Assembly: GCA_965153355.1 (NCBI GenBank)
Contig: OZ231126.1
Coordinates: 4,898,001 to 4,962,000 of the forward strand
From: Flaccisagitta enflata
Taxonomy: Eukaryota
Reading direction: 5' to 3'
DNA length: 64,000 bases
The notes beneath the pieces were generated by a model. The model searched no databases. It was not told the DNA's origin and saw only the letters and a program-made list of their open reading frames with translations. The translations under genes were made by a program, and so were the position numbers. Shown in pieces: positions 1-16,430 of the stretch (within the stretch, counting starts at the first letter, position 1; the number at the start of each line of letters is the position of its first letter).

Positions 1-229
1 CAGAATAAGAAAATATTCCCTCATTTTTCAATCAACCTCAATAGGGGGAAAAGGAAGTATTTAGTCTCAATTTCCACTTATTTTCCACAGACTTTTTCAT
101 TTCCCCCCCCCCCTCCTCGTGTTTTTTTCTCCACATTTTTTTTTTCATTTTCATTTTTGTAACCTAAAAAAATTAACCCGATGCGCCAAAATGACGTGGG
201 AACTCAGGCTAGGAAATTTTCTTGAAATG

Positions 230-680
230 AAAGGGGAGGAGAGGGGGAAAGGAGAGAGGAAAAGGGGGAGAGAGACAAGAAGACGGAAGAGGGGGGGGGG
301 GTTGAGGAGGATAGTCACAAGAGGAGTGGAGAGGGGAAAGGAGAGGGATGAGGGGGAGAGGGACAGAGGAGGGGAAATGGGGAAGGGGGGAAAGTGGAAA
401 GGAAAGGATGAGGAGGGATTGGAAAGGGGGGGAGGTAAAAAGAAAGGGAGATGGAGGAAAAAAGAGGATCAAGAAGGGGTAAATGGAAAGGTAGAAGAAA
501 GATAGACGGACACGGAGGAAAGAAGGAAGAGGAGGCTAAGCAGGAGAAACCGAGGAAAGAAAGAGGTACAAGGTGAGCGCTGCGTGGGGAAGATGAGGTT
601 AAGGGGAAGCAGGGTGAGGACGAAAGAAGAGAAGATGAAAGGGAAGGAGGAAATGAAGAAGGAAAGAAGAGGAGGGGGAA
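230..680. repeat. Purine-rich low-complexity (G/A) tract
   Basis: Plus strand is almost only G and A; the overlapping ORFs are low-complexity artefacts. Confidence 0.8.
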
Positions 681-2174
681 AAAGTGGTTGATATTGCTTC
701 TTAAAAAGTGATTAGTCTCGTTACAAGCGGTGGGCCAATTGATCAAATGTTCTTTTAAAATCATTTCCGAAAAGGGGAAAAAATGAAGTAGAAAACCTCC
801 AACGAAGAAAAACACTTAAAATTTCCCGAATTTCCTGGGGTGGAGGAAGAACAAAATGTCTCAATTTAGAGAAAAGATTCTGAAAGCATTTCATAAGAAT
901 TATAATGATGGGTTTTTCTAGAATTATTTTTGCGTGCTTTGTTCGCAGGCTTTCACACGTTAACTCACTCGCTAATTGTTCCTTGAGCAACATTTGATTG
1001 TATGATCAAGCTGTTGAAAAAAAGCTATTTAACTTTGACGCTTAGTCCTGCACTGAAGGTTAACTACCATTAATTTTTTTGATTTTCTGAACGATGTAAA
1101 CAATGTGAGCAACTAGAAAAGAATTATGAAAAATCGTTGTTATTTATCTTAAAATGTGACAGTATCAATATCATATTATCAAATTCACAGTGATACGGTA
1201 TAGATTCTGAAAACGTTGATATTGATAAGACTTGATGACCTACCTTGTGATATGAAAGTGTCGTAGTATTGAAGCAGATTTGCGCGGCGAACAATTTCCT
1301 ATTGATTGCATCCCACTTTTAAAAACCATTTTTCAAAAAAATATTTTGTGATTTGTCCCTAATGCAAGACATAAAATTTTTTTGGTAAGTTTTTGGAAAA
1401 AGGGAAAAACAAGATTTTTGGATCAGCAAATCAAACAATTTCCTATTGATTGCACTCCTTTTGAAAACCTTTTTTTTTTTTCAAAAAAAATTTCAACAAA
1501 GGTTTTTGTATCTCTTAGGGTCTCCCTAAGAAGAAAATAATAATGTTTAGTTGAAGCCGACTTCATAGAGAAATCAAATTTGTCGAACAAGACCAAGAAC
1601 GCTCTAGATCGGTAGTATAGAGCCCAACAACAGTCAACACTTCAGGGGGCGAGTTTTTTTCAAAGCGAGATCCGCTTTCAGCCCTAGAAATTCCAAGTTG
1701 TAGACCGACGGACGGACGGACAGACCCTCTTATAGAGATGCGTTCCTGACGGACGCATCTAAAAAACTATCAACCGGTTACTAGTAACCCGGGGTTACAA
1801 AATCGTCGCGGATCGGTTGGCAATGAAGAACAACCTCCATTTCACTCAAAGGCTTCAACTTGAAAATGCAAGTCGACGAAACAACGAACCCTGTCGAACC
1901 CACGGGCCAACGAACGGTTTAAGCCTCTTATAGAATGGCTACAGTCCGCGATTTTGAATGAAGAATGACGGAATGTTTTGCTCGAGCTGAAGATGCTTTT
2001 AGTCATTTAGGGGACGGCATAGAAGATAACCCGAAGAAATCGCGTGATCGCAAAGCAAAAAGGGGAAGAAAAAAAAAACAGCGCAATAGCACATGGAATA
2101 GTTATTTAGATTCATTCGTGTGTGTATAGATAAAGAGTGGACTAGACTATCGAAAAAAGAAAAAAAATATCAAA

Positions 2175-2492
<318 letters not shown>

Positions 2493-3519
2493 CTGAGACA
2501 AGTCACCCAAGGATCTCACATGGTGAGCGGGACCCGTTGTCCCGCTTGGGGTATTAAAGGTAGCAGGTGAAGTGAAAGCACAAAAGCGCCAATGTTCTGA
2601 AGAATACCCATGTCCAGGAAAAAGGTGAGGGGGATTGAGAGGACCTATGAGGTCTAATTTGAGTTTCGGTCAGTCAGGGCTTATTTCAAGTCTGAAAGTG
2701 CTGATTTTATATCAAACACGCAGACACGCAACTCTATAAGAGGTTTTGTCCACTGGTCCATCCGTAATTGGTCTGTCCATAAGCACGAGTCAAAAAGTGG
2801 GAAAATGAGCGTTTTAGAAGCTTTTTGTGTATGTGTCTATGCTAAAAGGGAGGTTGGGTGGAGTGAGGATAGGGGTTGGCTGCCCCTGCCCACCCGTCGG
2901 CAACAATATTGTGACCCCGCGTCACTTATTCTTAGAGAAGTGATTTCAAGTCCTTAAGAGCTGATTTCATGCTTAAGAGGGTTTATTTCAGGCCTGAGAG
3001 GGCTGATTTTTGGCCTGAGAAAGCTGATTACAGGCCTAAGAAGGCTGATTACAGGCCTGAGAGGGCTGATTTAAACTCCAGAGACTACATTAAGGCCGCA
3101 CTAGGCTGGACTGGAGATCCAGGCCTCGGGAGAGGGTGAGGGACATTCAGAAGTACGGACAAATATATGGAAATTCACCCCTGTTTTCAACACGACATTG
3201 GCCCTTTGGGGCCGCTGCCAAACGAGAGAGAGAGAATGAGCACAGTAACTATAAGACAGTGGAGACAGAGACAGAGAGGGAGATAAAAAGTCAGAGGAAG
3301 AAAAAAAAATATATCCACTTATTTTCACGAAGGTTACGTCATGTCATGAGACAAACAAACAAAAGAGCCATTTGGAAAAAAAAACGAAAAACTCAATTTT
3401 TCTTCTTCACTTTTTTTTTTAGTTTTTTTAATAATGAGTAGTCATGTGCATTACCCCAGGTCAAAATGATTGTAATCACGTGACAAAGCACGCGACATCA
3501 CGCAAACACGACTTTTCCC

Positions 3520-4669
<1,150 letters not shown>

Positions 4670-4904
4670 AAAAACAGACAAACAGCAAGACCACACCTCA
4701 AGTTTTTGACGGTTACGGCTAAATCATTTTTAGTTGCGTACACGTAACTGTATAAGAGGCTCTGTCCATCCGTCCGTCCGTAATGATCGAGTCGAAAAGT
4801 CAACAAGCGCTTTAGATATTTTTTGTTTATACTTGTGGGTATGTCGGAGGGGGGGTGGATGGAGGCACACCCGTCCGCAACGATATTGTGACCACACGTC
4901 CCTT

Positions 4905-5620
4905 GGGTGCTTCACATAACAAAATTTGGGATTAATTCTTCTTCACTCCTACTTAGGTAATATGAGGAAACAAAATTCATAAGATGGAGTAATTTTTTTT
5001 TTTCAAAATTATTTTATTTCCTTCCGTTTTTAAGCGGCTTTGGCTTTAAAGTTCCTACAGATTTCCCAGAATTCAGCAACATCTCAAAGTAGTTTTGTAA
5101 CAAACAAGTGACGCAGGGGCTGCCAAGATGTTACACGAGTGGGCAGGGCATCCACCCCCCACCCACACCAAATCCCACCTTCAACACTCACATACACCAA
5201 AAGCATTAAAAACGCTGCCAACTAGATCACCATAACGCATTTGACCAACCGACTGAACCAAACCAAACAGACAAAGCCTTCTATAGAGTTGCATGTCCGC
5301 AACTCAAAAGGACAACTATTTGCTTCGAAAAATCATGATGTTGGTAAAAATTAATAAAAATATCAGTACATAAGCTATGTAAGAGCTTATAAAAAAGCAC
5401 AATTATAATTTTTTGAAGAATAGAAAGCTAATTCAAATAATGTCAGCAAATTGTTTTATCCCAGTGCATTATGCAAATTAAGTCCTCAAAAACAATTTTC
5501 AAAAGAACAGAAATGAACGATTTTTGATAAAAGAAAAATGCTAAGGGGTTCTAAAATTGGCCTCCATATTAGGTAAAGAGGGCGAAAAGAAATAACCAAC
5601 TTTTGCTATGTGAAGCACCC
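4905..5620. mobile_element. Non-autonomous TIR element (MITE) nested in a DINE-like element
   Basis: Termini gggtgcttcacata / tatgtgaagcaccc, with imperfect inverted similarity over ~60 bp; flanked by the direct repeat acgtccc(tt) at 4896 and 5623. Confidence 0.75.
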
Positions 5621-8479
5621 AAACGTCCCTTGTTTGATATCCACCAATGATAATTTTATACACCAAGGATGAAAAAAAAGTTGTCTAGAAAATATAAAAT
5701 TTATGTCAAACTCCCTAAACTTGACGGTCACATAGTTGAAACAGTTAAATAGGTACTGCATTTTGACACACTCAAATGACCCAATGACACCATGACTTTG
5801 AAACAAAAGCCAAAATTGCAAAAAGCATCAGCCTTCACTGGTTTGTTTTGCGACTCTCAAATGGAAAAGCGAAAAGAAAAAAAAGCAAGGCCAACACCTA
5901 TAAGTCGCGTGCGAGACATATATTTAGAAGCACTTAGAATGACTTAGCATGAGTTAGTATACCCTTAAATGACATAAAATGACTTCAAGAAATAAAGTTG
6001 ATAAAAAAAGTTTAAGTGTGACGGACCAACTGACAGACAGACTGACCGACCAACCGACACAAAGCTGGGTGTAGAGTCGCGGGCACGCGACGAAAAAAGA
6101 AAAGAAAAAAGAAAAAGAAAAATAGAGGAGCGCGCGTTTGCCCGGCGGGAATGAAAATCATTTGTGTGCACGCAGTTGTGCCTGAGCTCGTGGCAGTGGT
6201 GTCGTGATTGCGCGTTGCGCGCGCAAAATGTGAAAGAAAGAAAAGTCCTTTCATGACGATGTTCAGTTTCTAGTAAGGTGCACGCAATTTCAGGTTACGT
6301 TAATTGGAGTTAGGAGTTTTGAGTATGGAAGGATGTCCCTATTTCGGTTAAATTACAAAGCCTCTTCAAAACTTTTAGAGGCGCACACGGCGCACACACG
6401 ACATTACCCGAAGCCATGTTCAGATTTCGTATAATCAATGTAGGTAGACTTTTTATGAAATTAGATGAACTCTGTTCTCAACTTGCAATCATCAGTATTT
6501 GCGCCATTTGTGGGCATGTTGTGAAATGAGAATCAGCCCCAAATGACCCGAAAGGCACTTTTGAGTTGGTATTTAACTAATTTAAGAGGCCTGAATTTAT
6601 GCGTGGGAGGAGGGTTATGGCGACGATACTGGGATTTGGTCCGCATGAATGGCATATAGTAATTTTTTGTAATATGAGTGTTGACTGAAATGCGCGGAAA
6701 ATGGCTTTGGTATCCCCACCCGGCGCTTTTTCCTTTCCAATATAACCAAAAATAGTAAAACAGGCCTCAGAAAGTCATTAAGGCATCGGAATTGAGCATC
6801 GGTAGTTGGAAGAAAACAAGAAACAGAAAATACAGGGCTGACACCCAACTTTGTTAGCTCATATCTTTTAAAGGAATCAAGCTACTGACCTCAATTTGGG
6901 CTCATTTTAAAGAGTAGGCACTGTTTGATGTGAGCCTAAATTGAGGTCATTAGCTCAATCCGTTTAGATGCAGCATTGCTCCAAAGTTGATATTAGTTTG
7001 AGCAAAACATGGATTTCATTTATGCAACTTTGAAAGCTTATCTTCCAAAACGAATTGAGCAATGGACTCAATTGTAGTCATTTAAAGAGCTGATCACTCA
7101 AATGAGCCCAAGTTGAGGTCACTAGCTCATTTCGGTAAAAAGTAGCATTGCTCCAAAGTTGATGTTAGTTTGAGCAAAACATGGATTTCATTCATGCAAC
7201 TTTGGAAGCTTATATCTTCCAAACAAATTGAGCAAATGACCTCAACTTGGGATCATTTTAAAGAGCTGCATTTGACTTTTAAAATGAGTCCAGGTTGAGG
7301 TCATTAGCTCAATTCGTTATAAGCAGCATTGCTCCTAAATTGATGTCAATTTGAGTGCACGCATCTGTGCAACCTGCTTTGCCTGTCTGTCAAACTTTTT
7401 TTTTTCTTTTTTGCGTATACAGGTGGTTATTACTGCCCCTGCCCACCGGCACGCAACTATGGTGGCCATGTATCTTGCCTTGTTAACATCCACCCATAAG
7501 AGAAATCCCTCATGCGTTGGCGACTAGGAGCAGCATTACAAAAACAAGCCACTGAAAGAAGACAATGAGACAAGGTTTTAGAAGTTTGTTTTTCAATTTC
7601 ACTTTAATCTTTTTTTGAATTTTTTTTTCATCACACAGAAGTATTGAAAAATATCAATATAATTCTAAAACAAATTATTACAAAATTCTAAAATTCTTTA
7701 GAAAAGATCTTGTCAAATTTTAAAATCTAAATACGCAAGGAATTCACAATATAAAAGGCAACCGAGGCCAATAATATGAAGAAACCGAGGCCAAAAATAT
7801 GAACAATATTCATTCATCATAGGCCTTCACTAATGCCGCTTTTGTGCACCGGCTCGGTAAGCGCTCAATTGCCTCGGCCCAACAACACTTGATACTCACT
7901 CGAATTAAAAAAAAAAAAACGCAAGTTTTTCATAGAAGACGAATAAGACCACTTTTTCCTTCTGAGCAGCATTTTGTGAGCTGGTTTGGTTTATTTGAGC
8001 TTCCATGGATCATATCCAAGAGTTTTAGTCTTCAGAATCAAGCTGATACCGAGAAATCGCCATGCAAAAGTGACATATACTTTAGAAATTTTTGCCTTTG
8101 ATTTTCAGTTAAGAGTCTATGATGATTTTAAAGATTTTTTTTGTTATTAATCATATTCAGTGCTTCATTTTTCACCGCAGACATTGAGGAACTCAAATAC
8201 AAAAACTATGAAAGCAGACTGATGAAAAAAAACTATGAAAAGACTATAAAAGCAGTCTGACTCTTCATGGCGGTGCAATTACTCCATCACCTTCACCCCA
8301 AAATAACCTTTTTTTCCTCTGACTGCATTTTCAAATTTGGACCCCTACACCTTCTTTTGAGTATAACTTCTTAACAAGCTACAGATGTGGGATTGCGCTC
8401 AAACGAAAGCCCTTGAAAAAAGCTTTAATTTGGTCACCGATAAATCATGGCTCAAGTGAACCAAAGGCGCAAAAATGAG

Positions 8480-9330
<851 letters not shown>

Positions 9331-9779
9331 TAAATATCATTGATCAGGATGAGCATTTGATTTTACTAAGCTGGATAATTGTCTCACTCGGGGATGAGCA
9401 AAGTGAGCGAACACGTCAATGGAGCAAGTGACCGGTGTGAGTGAACAAACATAGTGAGTGACCAAGACCAACAAAAAGAAAACAATTAGGTTGAAAAGTG
9501 AGAACCTTTCTAGTCAGGGATCTTAAAGAAGTGTAGGGTAAAAATTTCAAAACAGCTCTGGAACTTCACTATTCTGACATATTTTTTTTCGCTGAACACG
9601 AATCTGACTTCCATTTTGGAATATTTTTTGGGCACCCCTTTCAAAAATCTAATTTTTTGCCATTTTTAGGGTAAAAATGCACTTTTTAGCTATTTTGAGT
9701 TCACTGTTGACACCCAGTTGCGTTTTTCAGTTGAACCTAACAAGAACTGGAGTATATACACAGTTTACGAGAGTTTGGC

Positions 9780-11035
9780 GGCCATTCGGGGACTGTAACT
9801 GGCCAAAAATAGGCCAAAAAGTGCCCAAAAAAGCCAAAAACCCCATTTTTTCTCAAAAAATGAGTGTTATTTAAGAATTTCTTGCCAAACACACTCAATT
9901 AGGTCAGAATAAGGACAAATGTACTCATTGAGAGCTAAGGACAAATGTACTCATTGAGAGCTTTTAGTACTGCTATGGGGGTAATAACAGGCCAAAAACA
10001 GGCCAAAAATGGCCCAAAATGGCCAAAATCGGCATTTTCAACATATAGATCATTGTTATCCGGAATGTTTTCACTTATCTCACCCAATCCAGTCAGAACT
10101 AGACTAAATATACTCATTGACAGCTTTAAACTGATATACGGGGGCCACAACAGGCAAAAAACAGGCCAAAAACGGCCCCAGATGGTCAAAATCGGCATTT
10201 TCATCTCATGTATCATTGTTATTCAGGATTTTTTCGCCAATCTCACTCAATGCAGTCAGAACAAGGTCAGATATACTCATCGAGAACTTGGAAACTGACA
10301 CTGGGGGCTTCAAGAGCACAAAAACAGGCCAAAAATGTCCTAAAAGCGCCAAAATCGTTGCGCCATCTGATAGATTATTGTTATTCAGAATTTTTTCGCC
10401 AATCTTACTTCCAATGCAACAGAACTAGGTACAATACAGTCACAGAAAGCTGGAAACTGATATCCAAAGCATAACAGAAGCCAAAATACAGGCCAAAAAT
10501 GGCCTAAAATGGCCAAAAAAGACATTTTCATCTAAATTATTAAAGCTCTTTGGAATTTTTTTTAAATCTCACTCAATCCAGTCAGAATTAGGACAAAAAT
10601 ACTCATCGAGAGCTTTGAGCACTGATTCCGAGGTCATAACAGGCCAAAAACAGGCCAAAAATGGGCTAAAATGGCCAATTCTGCATTTTCATCAGGCAGA
10701 CTATTGCTTTTTCAGAATTTTTAGCCAATCTCACTAACAACACAATAAAATAATGGGTCAAATATACTCATTGAGAGCTGTGAAAACTGATACCGGGGCC
10801 ATAGCAGGCCAAAAACAGACCAAAATTGGGCTGAAATGGCCAAAATCTGCATTTCCATGAAATAGATCATCGTTAATTAGAACTTTTTTTGCGTATCTCA
10901 CTCCATCAATTAAGAACTAGATCAAATATACTCCTTGACAGCTTTGGATGCTAAAACTTGGGTCCTAATAGGCCAAAAACAGGTCAAAAAATGGCCTAGA
11001 ATATCCTAAATCTGCCTTTCCTTCACGCTAGACTA
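9780..11035 (+). repeat. ~165-bp tandem repeat array (about 7 diverged units)
   Basis: Recurring 'aggccaaaaacaggccaaaaatgg...ccaatctcactcaa...aaatatactcattgagagc'. Resumes at ~12985-13225 and reappears inverted at ~16070-16430. Confidence 0.85.
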
Positions 11036-11044
11036 TGAAGCTGG

Positions 11045-14000
11045 AGTTACAGCGGTCCCAAAGGGGACAATGTCCTGTAGAACACAGGGAGACTTTTCGC
11101 TAATTTGTACGTATGCCTTCTCCCCCCCCAGCCTCGAGGCTCAAATCCCAGCGTCAAGCTAAAATCCGGACCTCAAGGCTGAAATCCCAGATTCAAGGCT
11201 TAAATCCCAGCCTTGAGGTTCAAATCCACAGCTCAGCGCTCAAGTCCAAGACTCAAGGCTCAAATCCCAGCCTCAAGTCTAAAATTCATCCCTATCTTCA
11301 AATCCCAGCCTCGAGACTCAAATCCTAACCTCAGGGCTCAAATTCCAGCCTTGAGGCTCTAATCCCAGCCTTAAGCCTCAAATCCCAGCCTTGAGGCTCA
11401 GATCCCAGCCTCGAGGCTCAAATTTCAGCCTAGAGGCGCAAATCCCAGCCTTGATGCTCAAAAACTCAATTGGGCAAAAGTCCCCCTGTGTTCTACAAGA
11501 CATCATGCCCTTTGAGGCCGCTGCCCTGCTACCCATCACCTACAATCACTTATAAACAAAGCAGGGCAAAGGGTATCGCTGACCACATATTGCCCTTGGG
11601 CAACTGGTTCAGAATCTTTAGGCCGCGTGCTACGCGTCTCTAAACCCTGCTATGTCGGTCCATTGGTTGGTTGGTTGGTCAGTCGGTTGGTCAGTCAGTC
11701 GGTTATCCCTTGGCAGCGCTCTGAGTGGGACAAAGTCCTGTAGAACAGGACTTTTGTTCATCCGTTTGCACATTGGCCCTCCCCTCATAAGGCCCCTCAG
11801 GCCTCAAATCTGGCCTCTGAGACCTCGGGACCTGACCTCTCAAGCTCCCAATCCACTCTCTCAGGCCTCAAATCCAGCATCTCACACCTCAAATCTGGCC
11901 TCTCACGCCTCAAATCTGGCCTCTCACGCCTCAAATCCAACTTCTCAGGCCTCAAGCCTGGCCTCTCAGGCCTTAAATTAGGCTTCTCAGGCCTCAAATC
12001 AAAATTCTAGGCTCTCAAACCTGGGCCTCTCAGGCCTGCAAACAGCCTCAAGCTATGTAGCTTGAGACTTGCTCAGGCTTCCAATCAGCTCTCAACCTTG
12101 CTAGCCTTATTCCAGCCAAGCCCCAGCCACCCACCAAGCTTCCAGTTGGCATTCTCCAGCCTTACATCAGCCTTCTGAGACCAGGCCAGGGTTCTTGCAA
12201 GCCAGCCAACCCTTCAGCATCTACAGATGGACGGATGGACGAACGAACGGATCAACAAAAGTCCCCCTGTGTTCTACAGGATCATGCCCTCGGGCCGCTG
12301 CCTTGTCTCCCCACCCCAATTTACAATCACAACCAAAGCAGGGCAACAGGTATCGCTGACCACACATTGCCCTTGGGCAACCTGTTACTTTTTCGGCGTT
12401 TTTGAGCTTTTGGGCAGCGGCTCCGAAGAACACAATCTGTCCATCCATCCGTATGACCGTCCATCCATCCCCCCCCTGCCCCATCGGCTTTGTCTCCTTT
12501 GGGGCCTATTCTGACCTAATTTCTGCCAAATAGCCCAAATCTAAGCAATGGGGCCGTTCGGCCAAAAAGCCTAAAAATGGCCTAAATCCAAGCATAATGG
12601 CTCAAACTAAGGAAATGCCCAAATTCGGTCTAAATTCATTGGCTGTCATTATTTGTTTAGCTAAAGGCCATTTTACTCAGATTTTGTATATTGCTTGGAT
12701 TTAAGCATTTGGAACAGATGGATGTATGGATGGGACATACTGATGGATGGATGGACAGATTCCCCCTGTATTCTACACTACTTTGTCCCCTTCGGGGCCG
12801 CTGCCCTGCTCCCCTCAACTTAAATCACACACTACTCAAGCAGGGCACGGGTACCGCTGACCACTTACTGCCTTTGGGCTGCTACTTCAACATACGGCTC
12901 CTGCCCAGATGCCGTAGCGACCTTCTCTAGCACTGCTCCCCCCCACCCGCACGCAACTAGGGTTGCCGTGAATCCGGCCTTGTTTTTGCCTCTCCATCCA
13001 TCCAGTCAGAAATAGGTCAAACATATTCCTTGAGGGCCTTAAAAACTGATACCAGGGTTATAACTGGCCCAAAACAGGCCTCAGATGGCCCAAATTTGCA
13101 TTTTATCAAATTGATCAATATGATTTGGAATTTTTTAGCCAATCTCACTCAATCCGATCAGAACTAGGTCAAATGTACTCCTAAAGAGCTTTGGAAACTG
13201 ATACCCGGGCCGAAACAGGCCAAAAGCATCAGATGGTCAGCAGTACCCCTGCCCTGCCTAAATAGGTTGTGCATGAAGTTGAAGGCAGTGGCCCTGAAGG
13301 GGTTGATAACCTATGCTTTCATACATATGGGGAATTCTCTCCTCCTTCTTCTTCTGGCCAACTCTCCTTCTCCATCCTCCCTCAAATCCCAGTCTGAGGT
13401 CCAAATTCCAGCCTGAAACAAATCCCAGTCTTGAAGCCTAACTCCCAGCCTCGAGTACTCACTAGCCGCAAAAGCGTTAGATGGTCGGGGGCGGCACCCA
13501 TGCCCTGCTGAGTAGGTTGCGGCTTGAAGTTGAAGGGGGCATAGCAGCGGCCCCAAAGGGGGTCGATGACCCAGTGCTTCACACATGGGGGATTTTCCTC
13601 CTCCTCCTCCATCTTCTTCTCCATCCCTCCCCCCTCACAAATCCCAGTCTTGAGGCCTAATTCAGCCCCGAGGCCAAAATCGATCTCCGAGGCCAAAAAT
13701 CCCGCCGAGACTCCAATCTCAGCCCCTGGGCACTCCAAAATCCTAGCTCTGCTCGAGATTTAAGCATCAAGGCTGGGATCTGGCCTGGACAGAGTTTCTG
13801 GGACCCCGAGGCTGGATTGGCTTGAGGCTTGTATTTGGGCCTGAGGCTAGGATTTGGGCCTGAGGCTAGGATTTGGGCCTCAAGGCTGGAATTCTGGGCC
13901 CCTGAGATCAGGATTTTTGGGCCTCAAGACTGGAATTTAGGCCTTGAGACTGGGATTTGAGGGGGAGAAGAAGAAGAAGGTGGAGGAGGAGGAGAAAATC

Positions 14001-16065
14001 ATGAAAATCGTGAAAGCATAGGTCATCGACCCTTTTGGGGCCGCTGCCCAAAATGGCCAGCCTGAAGGCCTGCAAATCCCAGCTCAAGGCCCAGATTCTA
14101 GCCTCAAGGCCCAGATCCTAGCCTCAAGGCCCAAATCCTAGCCTCAATGCCCAAATTCTAGTCTCAAGGCCCAACTCCTAGCTTCAAGGCTCAGATCCTA
14201 GCCTCAAGGCCCAAATCTTAGTTGAGTGCGGGTGGACAGGGGCTGTATTTGAGGTCACTTGATCATATGGGCAGGAGCAGTGAGGCCATAGACCAAACAA
14301 AGTAAAAATAGCTGCGAAAGCATTAGATGGGCAGTGGTACCTGTGCCCTGCCTAAAGGGGTTGATGACCTATGCTTTCACACATATGGGAATTTTCCTTC
14401 TCCTCCCTCCTTCTTCCTCCCTCCTTCATCTCTTCCCCCTCTCAAATCCCGGCCCCAAGGCTAAGATTCACTCGAGGCCCAAATCCCAGTTTTTGAGGCC
14501 CAAACCCAGCCTCCCAAGGCCATTTTCCCAAGAGGCCCAGATGCCAACTTCCAGGCTGAGATTTGGGCCTTGAGACTGGGATCTGGATCTCAGGACTAGG
14601 ATTTGGGCCTCAAGACTGGGATTCGGGCCTCAAGACTGGATTTTGGGCCTCAAGACTGGAATTTGGGCTTCCAGACTGGAATTTAAGCCTACAGACAGGA
14701 ATTTTCTTTTCTATGATTGAACTAGTCATCCAAGGATCGCACATAATCATACCCGATGCCCTGCTTGGGTGATGGCAAAGCAGTGGAGTGAGAGCAGGGC
14801 AGCGGCCCCCAAAGGGCCGATGTCCTGCAGGACACAGGAGGGAATTTCCATACGTCCTATGGGGGAATATAGCAGGCCTAAGAGGTACTTGAGATGGGGT
14901 TTGAGGTCTGAGGAGGTTTATGCCTAAAGATTAGATTTGAGGTCTGGGGCAGGCTTTAGGCCATGGGGGCAGATTTGAGTCCTGGAGGGCCGATTTGAGG
15001 CCTAGAATGCTGATTTGAGGTCTGGAGAGCGGATTGGCCTTGAGGGCAGATTTGAGGCCTGGAGGGCTGATTTGAGGTCTGGAGAGCGGATTTGAGGCCC
15101 GGAGAGCTGATTTGAGGCCATGAGAGCTGATTTGAGGGCTTAGAGGGCCTAAATCAGGCCTGAGAGTGAGGATATGAGGCCTCGATGGCCAAATGGGGAC
15201 TTGACGGACGGAAGGGACGGACGGACGGACGGGATCGGCGGGAAATTCCCCCTGTGTCCTTACAGGACATCGGCCCCTTTGGGGCCGCTGCCCAAAAAAG
15301 CATCAAACACGCTGGGCTGTTATTTTGAGCCTTGAGGGTGGATTTGAGCCTTGAGGCTGGGATTTGAGCCAAGGGTTTGAATCTGGAGCCTGGGCTGGGA
15401 TTTGAGCTTTGAGGTTGAGATTTTGTATTTTGAGGCTAGGATTTGCCTCAAGACTAGGATTTAAGCTTCAAGGCTGGGATTTTGTACCAAGGCTGGATTT
15501 GAGCCTCAAGACTGGGATTTGCTTCGAGACTGAGATTTGAGCCTGAGACTGCGACGAGTTGAGGCTGGGACTTGAGCCCAAGGCTAGGGATTTGCCTCAA
15601 GGTTGGGATTTGAGCTGAGGCTGGGATTTGAGCCCAAGGCTAGGATTGAGCCTGGGGGTACATAGAAGAAGCCAGCGAGAAATTCTGTGTGAAAGCACAG
15701 GTCATCGGCCCCTTTCTCGTCATGCCCAAAAAGGGAAAAAAATCAGAAGTTAAATAGTGTAGAGCAGTTGGTAGAGTTGCTTGATCACCGAGTTGGATGA
15801 CCGACTGAGTTTGAAGCAAAAGGAAGAGCGATCCATTAGTAACTTGGTATTTGAATTTGCACGTAGTTGGCTCAACAGCTTTCTTGTCCATTCGTACATA
15901 CACTCAAAATTCCCTACCCTCCCTGCGCCTCTTGAGCCCTGATCCTGCCCTCCCTAGCCTTCATTCAGCCCTCCTGTTAGTCCATTTGTCCGTCCATCTG
16001 TCTATCCATCCCCCTCAGGCTCTCTCAGGTCTGAGATCCGCCGACTCAGGCCTGAAATTCCCAAA
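11045..16065. mobile_element. Nested cluster of non-autonomous inverted-repeat elements carrying 20-21-bp minisatellites (Helentron/DINE-like inferred)
   Basis: Repeated ~45-bp inverted motif gggcagcggccccaaaggg..gatgtcctgtagaacacagggg around arrays of ctgggatttgagccttgagg or tttgaggcctgagagggctga, followed by a tail aagcagggca.gggtaccgctgacca. Confidence 0.75.
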
Positions 16066-16069
16066 TTAA

Positions 16070-16430
16070 CATGATAATTTGAACAACAAACATTTTTACC
16101 TGATGAAAATGCCAATTTTGGCCATTTGAGGTCATTTTTTGCCTGCTTTTGGCCTGCTGTGACCCTGGTATCAGTGTCCAGAGATCTCAGTTAGTATCTT
16201 TGTCCTAGTTCTGACTAGATTGAGTGAGATCTCCACAAAAAAATTCGAACAATTATGATATTTGAGATGCAGGTTGACATCACTTAGGCCATTTTAGCCC
16301 ACCCTGGGCCTGTTATGGCCCCGGTATCAGTTTTCACAGCTCTCAATGAGTATATTTGACCTACCCTGACTGAAATTAGTGAGATTGGCTAAAAAATTCT
16401 GAATAACAATGATCTGCCCAATGAAAATGC
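16070..16430 (-). repeat. Inverted copy of the ~165-bp repeat, truncated at ~16430
   Basis: Reverse complement of units at ~10560-10860; stops mid-unit after 'aatgaaaatgca'. Confidence 0.85.

Noticed and set aside
2495-2630. Unique-looking stretch checked as a distal SID-1 exon
   Set aside because: It is the reverse complement of the repeated element's tail motif.
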